A stretch of 64,000 bases of DNA from positions 2,970-66,969 of the IMG/VR virus record IMGVR_UViG_3300025010_000055; one strand, 5' to 3'. The stretch's first letter is position 1; each line of letters begins with the position of its first letter. This DNA is from a virus. The notes below the pieces were generated by a model. That model was not told where the DNA came from, did no database searches, and was given only the letters and a program-made list of their open reading frames with translations. Position numbers and translations under genes: made by a program. This document shows, piece by piece, positions 56,740 through 64,000 of this stretch.

Positions 56740-56948
56740 TGAGTAAACCAATACCCGTAGATTGGGTAGAAGAACTTAATCGCAAAGCAAGGATTTTGAG
56801 TAAACATATAGCTATTGCAGATGCAGCCCGTGATTTACTATCAGCCATTTACGGCATGGGGCCACCTGGGGAGATACAGACGTATAGTTGTTACGATGAA
56901 ATTGAAGACCTGGAACTAGCACTAACAGCACTACACGACGGAGATTAA
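56736..56948 (+). CDS. Hypothetical protein
   Basis: ORF track. Confidence 0.5.
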   Translation: MMSKPIPVDWVEELNRKARILSKHIAIADAARDLLSAIYGMGPPGEIQTYSCYDEIEDLELALTALHDGD

Positions 56949-56968
56949 AACCGGGAGGGGAAGGATAA

Positions 56969-57999
56969 TTGCACATATTTTACCTTGGAAATACTCTTGA
57001 CGTACTAAAGCAACTCCCCGAAAAATCAGTACAATGTTGCCCGACTTCTCCGCCATACTTTGGACTTCGGGATTACGGGTTACCCTCTACAGATTGGCCG
57101 GAGATTGAATATACTCCGATGGCAGGATTATCGTCCGTGGTAGTGCCTGCCTGGAGTGGATGCTTAGGACTTGAACCAACACCTGAGTTATATATTGCTC
57201 ATATAGTTCTGATTTACCGCGAGGTGTGGCGAGTTTTACGGGATGATGGGACATGCTTTTTGAATGTCGGGGATAGTTATTGTTCGCCTAATGGCAGAAG
57301 TCATGGCAATACTTATACAAATAAAGGGCCAAATTCACAGTTAAAGCACATGGCAAATGCTCAGGATATAGGGATTATTAGAAAATGGCCGGCATTAAAA
57401 CCCAAAGACTTACTAGGCATACCTTGGCGTTTAGCGTTCGCACTACAGGCAGACGGTTGGTATTTGCGTTCAGACATAATTTGGGAAAAGCCTAACGCAA
57501 TGCCCGAATCGGTAACCGATAGACCAACAAAATCACATGAGTACCTTTTTTTTTGTTGGCTAAGTCGAAAAAGTATTACTACGATGCGGACGCAATACGA
57601 CAACCCTACGCAGAAAAGACAAAGACTGCTTGGGGGTGTCAATTTAAGGGGCATGGTGATGGAACTGGTCTTATAGCAGCTGAAAATTTATCAAATAACA
57701 TAAAAGAACACAGGCCGCACCCAAAAGGAGCTAATAAGCGCACAGTCTGGCACATACCAACAAAACCATTTAAGGGCGCACATTACGCAGTATTTCCTCC
57801 CGGCTTAATAGAACCTTGTATTTTGGCGGGGAGTCGCGCAGGAGATACCGTCCTTGACCCGTTTGGCGGTAGCGGAACAGTAGCAATGGTCGCCAACCAA
57901 TTAAATATGGATAGCATCTACATTGATATGTCACCAAACTATCTAGGGGATGCACTTAGACGAGGTAATTATAATCCTGCTGAATACGACATTTTATAA
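56969..57999 (+). pseudogene. N4C/N6A DNA methyltransferase (beta class) split by a frameshift in a T9 tract
   Basis: TSPPY in the 5' ORF, VLDPFGGSGT in the 3' ORF; frame change at T9 (57546-57554) inside HEYLF|LLAKS. Confidence 0.85.
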
Positions 58000-58020
58000 A
58001 CCAAGAAAGGGGAGGGCAAC

Positions 58021-60975
58021 TTGATACTTAGTTTTCTAACCTCCCTGTATCAATATTTAGACGAAAAATTTAACTTGTATCTTTGGACATTGCCAGGCCG
58101 CAAAACCAGCCCATTCCAGGCTAACGACCTGGTAACGATGTCCAAGTTAGCTAGTCAATTAGACGGCGACATATATTTTGGGCTTGGGGCTACTACCAGG
58201 CAACTAACCGACTACGAACGTCCCAAAAATGAGGAAATACAGGCCATACCTGGCTTGTGGGTTGACATAGACATACAAAACCCACAAGCGCATAAATCCA
58301 GCGATTTACCCGCTGATATAGCAGAGGCTATGGCTATTTTGCCGGACAATTTACAACCGTCTCTGGTGGTCTGGAGCGGTTACGGGATACATGCCTACTG
58401 GCTGTTTCGTGAGCCGTGGGAATTCGACAGTCAGGAAGAACGCAACGAGGCAACCGAGCTACTCAGATCACTGCAAGCGACGGTTAAACACAACGCGTCC
58501 CTGAGGGGATGGAAAGTAGATACCACTGCAGACTTGGCCAGGGTGCTAAGACTTCCAGGAACACAGAACCACAAACTACAAACACCAGTTCTTTGTAAAA
58601 TTATAGAGCAAACTGACATTCGCTACAATCCAGGGGACATCGAATCGCTACTGCCTGCAGTGCCGGAAACTATCCGAACGAATACCGACAGAAAAACCAG
58701 TTTCGAGCGCAGGCCTACTGATGGACAAGCTGATCTGATGCTTAGAAACTGCCGGTTTATGCAGCACTGTCAGCTGAATACATCAAAGCTGAGTTATTCA
58801 GAGAAACTGGCTGCAGCTACAAACATAGTCAGAGCCAGTGACGGAGTAGAGGCGGCACACGCTCTGTTTTCGCTGGATAAAGACCGGTATAACTATAAAT
58901 TCACAGACGCAAAAATCAACGAAGCCCTTGAAAAAATGAACCCGCAGACTTGCGAGTATATACGCGGTGTGATTGGATTTCAAGGCTGCCCTCAGAACGG
59001 CTGTGCAGTGCAGGCGCCTTGTGGATGGTCACTGTCCAGAGTAGCACAGGCCAGGGCCACTGTAAGGGCTATTCCTGCACCTACCCAAGATACGGTAATG
59101 GTTCCCGAGGTGCTTGGAGCATTGGCAGTTTTGAAGAAGGAAGACGCTCAGGAATATGCACGTTTTAGGGGTATGTGCAAGGGCAAGGTTAATTTAAACG
59201 ATTTAGAAAGGGCAGTTAATCAGCACAAAAAACAGGCCAAAACAGACCACCTGCACATAGTTCAGGACGGGGAAAAACCCGGCAAGCGGATGCTCAAAGA
59301 CACTGTTTCAGACTGCCCGATTGACCTGTTTTTACCTCCAAATTTTAAATTCGAACGCAGCGGAATTTTATTTACCAAGGAAAACAGTAACGGTGACACG
59401 ATGGTTTGTAAAGCAGCAGGTTGCCCGGTAGTAATAACCGAACGGGTATTTAACGTAGACACCGAAAAAGAAAAACTTGAAATATGCTTCAAATATCTTA
59501 AAGGTTGGCGTCGTATTATACTTCCAAGGTCAACAATTTTCGATGGGCGCAGGGTGATGCAACTAGCTGATTTTGGAGTACCCATATCGTCTGAAACATC
59601 AAAATGGATGGTCAAATGGTTTGACGCTTTATCTGACTACAACCAGGATCGCATACCTGTGACATATGCAGTTTCAAAGTTAGGTTGGCGTGGGGAACGA
59701 GAGTTTGTCCTACCCAACTTAGATAATAAATATAGGGTTGATATGGATGATGATGGCAGTCAAAACACCGTTTCCGGGTTTACCACTACAGGCAATTTTC
59801 AGGAATGGATTACTAAAATGCAATACCTGAGACAATCACCAAAGGCCCGCTTTATCTTGTCAGCTAGTTTTGCAGCTCCACTGCTCCGGATATTAGGGCA
59901 ACGTAATTTCATAATTCACAACTGGGGAACCAGTCAGGACGGTAAAACATCTACTTTATGGGCAGCGATGTCGGCTTGGGGGAACCCAGACAAAATAATT
60001 AGCACATTTGATGTTACATCAACCAATATAGAGCGCAAAGCAGCCCTGTTTTCAGACCTACCGCTTGCCATTAATGAGCGAGAGGTGCTCAGTCAGAACA
60101 AGCGCAACGACATATCACCGCTCCTATACATGATGGGTGAAGGGCGCGGCAGAGGTCGGGGAGATAAAAAAGGCTTACAAGTAACCCAGACCTGGAGAAC
60201 AATTACCCTGACTACTGGAGAGGGAACACTGTCAACATCGGGATCCTTCGATGGGGTAATGACCAGAGTGCTGGAAATCTCAGACGGGCCATTAGCACAT
60301 GACCGAGAGTTTGCCAGACAACTATATTATTTTCTTCCAAGATGTCACGGACACGCAGGACCTGGATTCCTTACACAGCTACTACAAGCAGACTATGGCA
60401 TTATATTTAGTACATATAAGGATTTCCAGGTCCTATTTAAGTCACTTTTCCCAGACAGGATTGACAGTCATATAGACGCCGTGGCATGTGTCGCCACTGC
60501 TGATTACTTATCCTCAGCATGGATATTTGGAGAGTCATGGGAAATGGCAAGGGTAGGGGCCACAGCAACAGGCCAGCACGTTTTAGGGTGTCTGGTGGCA
60601 CGTTCTGAGGCCAGCGAGTCGGGCAGGGCATGGAATGCCTTTATTGACTGGATAGCAGAAAACAGAAGCCGCCTATCGGAGCACAGTTCACCTTGCATTG
60701 GATATATAGACAAGCCTTCTCCTCAGGACACAGGAGGAACTTACATTATCCGCAGCGTCATAGACCAGTTTTTGTCAGAGAGATTTTCAAGCAGCAGGAA
60801 AATAATAAGGGAGTGGGCATTGGACGGAAAAATAGTTTCCTACCAGGAAGGTAAAAATACCCGCTGTGATTTTCGCGGAAGGACGCTCAGCGGAGGGATA
60901 AGGCCGAGAGTAATTAAAATAAAAGATTCTGGGACAGGACTGGGACAGACTGGGCAGGGACTGGGACAGGCTTAA
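58021..60975 (+). CDS. Primase-helicase (RepB-like primase, Cys-rich domain, DUF927, helicase ATPase)
   Basis: WVDID, SG.GIHAYW, DLARVLRLPGT.N.K; GTSQDGKTS Walker A; G.GRGRG. Confidence 0.88.
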   Translation: MILSFLTSLYQYLDEKFNLYLWTLPGRKTSPFQANDLVTMSKLASQLDGDIYFGLGATTRQLTDYERPKNEEIQAIPGLWVDIDIQNPQAHKSSDLPADIAEAMAILPDNLQPSLVVWSGYGIHAYWLFREPWEFDSQEERNEATELLRSLQATVKHNASLRGWKVDTTADLARVLRLPGTQNHKLQTPVLCKIIEQTDIRYNPGDIESLLPAVPETIRTNTDRKTSFERRPTDGQADLMLRNCRFMQHCQLNTSKLSYSEKLAAATNIVRASDGVEAAHALFSLDKDRYNYKFTDAKINEALEKMNPQTCEYIRGVIGFQGCPQNGCAVQAPCGWSLSRVAQARATVRAIPAPTQDTVMVPEVLGALAVLKKEDAQEYARFRGMCKGKVNLNDLERAVNQHKKQAKTDHLHIVQDGEKPGKRMLKDTVSDCPIDLFLPPNFKFERSGILFTKENSNGDTMVCKAAGCPVVITERVFNVDTEKEKLEICFKYLKGWRRIILPRSTIFDGRRVMQLADFGVPISSETSKWMVKWFDALSDYNQDRIPVTYAVSKLGWRGEREFVLPNLDNKYRVDMDDDGSQNTVSGFTTTGNFQEWITKMQYLRQSPKARFILSASFAAPLLRILGQRNFIIHNWGTSQDGKTSTLWAAMSAWGNPDKIISTFDVTSTNIERKAALFSDLPLAINEREVLSQNKRNDISPLLYMMGEGRGRGRGDKKGLQVTQTWRTITLTTGEGTLSTSGSFDGVMTRVLEISDGPLAHDREFARQLYYFLPRCHGHAGPGFLTQLLQADYGIIFSTYKDFQVLFKSLFPDRIDSHIDAVACVATADYLSSAWIFGESWEMARVGATATGQHVLGCLVARSEASESGRAWNAFIDWIAENRSRLSEHSSPCIGYIDKPSPQDTGGTYIIRSVIDQFLSERFSSSRKIIREWALDGKIVSYQEGKNTRCDFRGRTLSGGIRPRVIKIKDSGTGLGQTGQGLGQA

Positions 60976-61202
60976 AGCCACAGGGTGTAAGGGTTTATAT
61001 ATATATTGTCCCAGTGCCCAGTAATTATATATATGTTTTATAAAGAATTTACCCCTACCATTTAAGGGGTATAGGGTAATGGGGGGGGTAAAAAAGATGT
61101 CATACCATTCGCAATTTACTGGGCAGTTATCTGACAATTTACCAAAGCATGATTCTGTAAGGCTTGAATGGTTTTAGGATTGTCCCAGACCTACTGGGCA
61201 GA
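60929..61202. repeat. Iteron cluster CTGGG(A)CAG around an AT-rich tract: probable replication origin
   Basis: Direct copies at 60929, 60940, 60950, 60961, 61119, 61195; inverted copies at 61007, 61015, 61181. Confidence 0.75.
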
Positions 61203-61222
61203 ATGAAGGAGGCTAGTTTATC

Positions 61223-61777
61223 GTGGCTTCTAGTCAGTCAGAAACACTCTCAGAACTAATAGAAAAACGTGGCGGGGTAGTGGTCCTTTACTCACAACTG
61301 CTCCAAGATACAATCTACTTTGTCAGAGACCAACAAGCAGCCTCACGAGTGTCAGGTGGTATCTGGTTTACTCTCAGGGAACTGCACGTATTATTTGCAG
61401 ACGGCGAACTAACAAACCCTGAATCAGTCATGAGAATCAGCGTTATTAAAAAACAGTTTCCGGGCTTAGAGTTCGTAGACGCTCCAACTCAGGACGTGTT
61501 AAAACCGACAGACCCGAGGCCGGATCTGACTGAGGACCATGTCCAGTGGAATCGGTTTCTACGGATAGCATGGGAACAGAATTCAGCCATTGCAAAAATC
61601 CTGTACGGGTTTCGGGAGAACGGCCTGAGGTTAACCAGGGGTAACGCTGGATGGGTGCTTAGACCTGAGGTTTCAGAGCGGTGTTTTGAATCGCTGGAAT
61701 GTTACGAGACGTTGAAGAGTAAGTGGCTGGTGCCGTATGGGCAGCAGATAACTAACTGGTTAGCTAGACTAGGATAG
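61223..61777 (+). CDS. Hypothetical protein
   Basis: RBS AAGGAGG; ORF track. Confidence 0.6.
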   Translation: MASSQSETLSELIEKRGGVVVLYSQLLQDTIYFVRDQQAASRVSGGIWFTLRELHVLFADGELTNPESVMRISVIKKQFPGLEFVDAPTQDVLKPTDPRPDLTEDHVQWNRFLRIAWEQNSAIAKILYGFRENGLRLTRGNAGWVLRPEVSERCFESLECYETLKSKWLVPYGQQITNWLARLG

Positions 61778-61788
61778 GAGGAAAACTA

Positions 61789-62313
61789 TTGGACGCTAAT
61801 TTACTAACCGTCAAAGACTGGAAAGGTAAATTTCAAATCAACGAGGCCTATAGACCTATAGCCAAGGCATTATGCAAAAAATTCCCTGAACTAAAACACA
61901 TACCAGTAGACAGTATTATTTTTCTTGATGATACAGAGTCTAAGGGTAAAACAGCTAACAAAGTCAAGAACGCTCAAATAGGCAAAATCAGCGATAAGTG
62001 GCATGAAATCATATATCAGTTAACGGGCAGACGGTTTATGTATTTCATGGAGTTTTTTAAGCGTAATACGGGCCACATGTCTAGTGAGCAGATAATCCTA
62101 TTAGTATATCACGAGTTAAGACACATCGGTCCAGATGGTGATCTGGTTCATCACGACATTGAGGAATGGGCCAACATATACACCAGACTGGGCGTTGATT
62201 GGTCAGCAACAAAACGTCAACTGCCAGACCTGCTAGCCGCAGATGTTGACTGGGATAGCATCAAACTTACTAACCTGTTTACGTTCCCGAAGGGAGGCAA
62301 TCACAATAGCTAA
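61789..62313 (+). CDS. Putative phage metallopeptidase
   Basis: LVYHELRHI...HDIEEW (HExxH). Confidence 0.75.
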   Translation: MDANLLTVKDWKGKFQINEAYRPIAKALCKKFPELKHIPVDSIIFLDDTESKGKTANKVKNAQIGKISDKWHEIIYQLTGRRFMYFMEFFKRNTGHMSSEQIILLVYHELRHIGPDGDLVHHDIEEWANIYTRLGVDWSATKRQLPDLLAADVDWDSIKLTNLFTFPKGGNHNS

Positions 62314-62894
62314 ACAAGCCAGAACACTAACAGACGATGAAATAAATTATCTTAAAAACAATTTAACTAACTGTAAAATAGAATCTATTGGAACGCAGAT
62401 TAATCTTAGCCGCAGCACTATTTGTAAAGTGGCTAAGGCAATGAATCTAACGATACCTAAGGGCAAGCACAGAGGCACTGCTCCGGTATTCACGGGCAAG
62501 AGTTCTTACACAGATAAGTGCTATGATCTTAAACTGCCGAGGCAGAAGCTAACAGACGGACTTACTCCAAGGCAGGAGAAACAACTGGAAGAGTTATTCG
62601 CTAAGCTGCTGATAAAAGTCAGTGTTGAGTTTAACCGTATCGAGATAGATAGGCTAGACGATTATTGGGCCAGTATGTAATATATAAAGGGTGGTGGCTT
62701 GTGTGCATAGTAAGCTACTTAAATCTACATCAGAAGAGTTTTGGGCTATATGGGGACGTACAAGCCCACCAGATAACAACCAGAAGGATTATAATTGTCC
62801 TCTTCCTGCTCCTCCTACTAAACGCGGAGGAAGTAAGTCAGCAGGACGTAAGAAGCCTAAGAAGAAGCCACAGCAAGCAGATTTCATTATCTGA
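62306..62894 (+). CDS. Two hypothetical genes (HTH-like ORF ending at 62680; basic ORF 62691-62894); starts uncertain
   Basis: IESIGTQINLSRSTICKVAK is HTH-like; late-regulator position. Confidence 0.45.
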
Positions 62895-62935
62895 CCGTTT
62901 ACAAACTATTGACATATGTGATATACTAGCGACGT

Positions 62936-63000
62936 AGTCGTATACCTAACGGAACGACTACACTCATAGATTATTCAGCGCCTGAGCAGGGCGCTTTTCT
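62936..63000 (+). promoter_or_regulatory. Late-promoter leader: hairpin plus terminator-like stem
   Basis: TG-A-TATACT at 62919-62927; GTAGTCGT/ACGACTAC stem; AGCGCC..GGCGCT-TTT. Confidence 0.5.
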
Positions 63001-63031
63001 TATGCCTATTACCAGGGAGAAGGTGGTGACT

Positions 63032-63307
63032 TTGGCCAGGCATCCAGAAGTATACCGTAACAAACAGTGGCCTAAGTCCAGGGCGTTTGTCATATCACGG
63101 GCTAACGGTCTATGCGAACATTGCAGGACCAAGGGCATCTTTAAGGCGGGCCGAGAGGTTGACCATATTGTGGAGCTTACTGACAGCAACAAACACGACT
63201 GGAACGTAGCTTATAATCCTGAGAACCTTCAGTATCTTTGCAGCGATTGACACAACCATAAATCCGGTAGGTCTACTGGATTACAGGACTTCTTAACTCC
63301 ACCATAA
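63032..63307 (+). CDS. Packaging-type HNH endonuclease (HK97 gp74-like) with an in-frame TGA at a zinc-ligand Cys; candidate selenoprotein
   Basis: LCEHC...EVDHI...NLQYLCSD*HNHKS; TGA at 63248-63250; frame stays open to TAA at 63307; SECIS-like hairpin at 63261-63282. Confidence 0.75.
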
Positions 63308-63421
63308 ACGATTATATTTTACGTGAGAATAGGGTCTGCAGCCCGATAAGAGACGGTTTTCTCCACCGTCTCTTTCTTATGTTTTAAAAAAGGAGAAATA
63401 AAACACTGGGAGAGGTGTTAT

Positions 63422-63919
63422 ATGATAGAGATATGGAAAGATGTCAAAGGATACGAGGGGTTATATCAAGTTAGTAATATGAGTAGGATTAGAAATCAAA
63501 AAGGACACATATTATCACCAGCGGATAACGGTAATGGATACCTTCGCTTTAGTTTGTCTAGTGGTAATAGAGCGTATAAAACCAACTATTTGCACCGTCT
63601 TGTTGCGGTAGCGTTTATTCCCAATCCTAATAATTTACCTGAAGTAAACCATAAAGACGAGGATAAAAGTAATAACTGGATAGATAATCTTGAATGGTGT
63701 AACGTATCTTATAATCGTTCGTATGGAACGAGAAAAGAAAGATGTGGCATCGTTAAAAGAAAAATAGTGCGTGGTAGAAATATATTAGACGGAAGCGTTG
63801 TTGTGTTAGATAAAGTTGCTGACGCAGAAAAGTTTGGATTTAGCAAATCATCTGTGTCTAAGTGTTTATGTGGTCGGGCTAAGGCTACTGGCGGTTATGT
63901 ATGGGAGTATGCACAGTAA
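63422..63919 (+). CDS. NUMOD4-HNH homing endonuclease
   Basis: EIWKDVKGYEGLYQVSN, HRLVA.AFIPNP..LPEVNHKDEDK.NN...NLEW, GGYVWEY. Confidence 0.92.
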   Translation: MIEIWKDVKGYEGLYQVSNMSRIRNQKGHILSPADNGNGYLRFSLSSGNRAYKTNYLHRLVAVAFIPNPNNLPEVNHKDEDKSNNWIDNLEWCNVSYNRSYGTRKERCGIVKRKIVRGRNILDGSVVVLDKVADAEKFGFSKSSVSKCLCGRAKATGGYVWEYAQ

Positions 63920-63977
63920 CCACAAGTCTGGCAGGTCAACAGGTTTACAGGAATTTCTAACCCCCCCCGGTTGTTAA
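63918..63977 (+). repeat. Recoded duplicate of the HNH gene 3' end, next to the probable cos region
   Basis: Encodes NHKSGRSTGLQEFLTPPGC* versus NHKSGRSTGLQDFLTPP* at 63254-63307. Confidence 0.9.
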
Positions 63978-64000
63978 ATAACTACTGAAAAACTACAGAC

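Noticed and set aside
63308-63917. Group I intron carrying the NUMOD4-HNH gene
   Set aside because: Only about 115 nt of non-coding sequence and no P/Q/R/S core; the upstream gene is already completed by the duplicated end
1-64000. Genome-wide stop-codon reassignment explaining the in-frame TGA
   Set aside because: Other genes end normally at TGA (e.g. 7964, 12237, 37996) and long genes are uninterrupted under code 11, so any recoding is site-specific

Overview
Near-complete genome of a temperate HK97-fold siphovirus of a spore-forming Firmicute, probably Clostridia (inferred from RBS style, Spo0A-box-like sites and a Spo0E-like gene). The window starts inside the portal gene and ends just before the expected terminase/cos region. 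No host genes flank the integrase, so attP looks intact (excised or virion form). Gene order: head, tail and lysis (1-18.8 kb); an array-less type IV CRISPR-Cas effector operon (RHH-csf1-cas11-csf2-csf3-cas6-cysH-like-solute symporter-like, 19-24.3 kb); small-gene cassettes behind strong promoters, each carrying an HTH/RHH gene (24.4-33.6 kb); an FtsK/replication-relaxation module; integrase/CI/Cro; recombination, replication and methylation genes; HNH genes. Most striking observations: (1) a IV-B-like module that also carries Cas6 and a transporter; (2) a packaging-type HNH gene whose last zinc-ligand Cys codon is an in-frame TGA followed by an fdhF-like SECIS hairpin (candidate phage selenoprotein), with its C-terminus duplicated and recoded around an inserted NUMOD4-HNH gene; (3) two apparently identical 398-bp non-coding IS200/IS605-type elements inserted after TTTAT, containing a repeat-spacer-repeat unit; (4) a possible recombinase-driven C-terminal cassette on a virion protein. 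All family calls come from motif recognition by eye, not from database searches.
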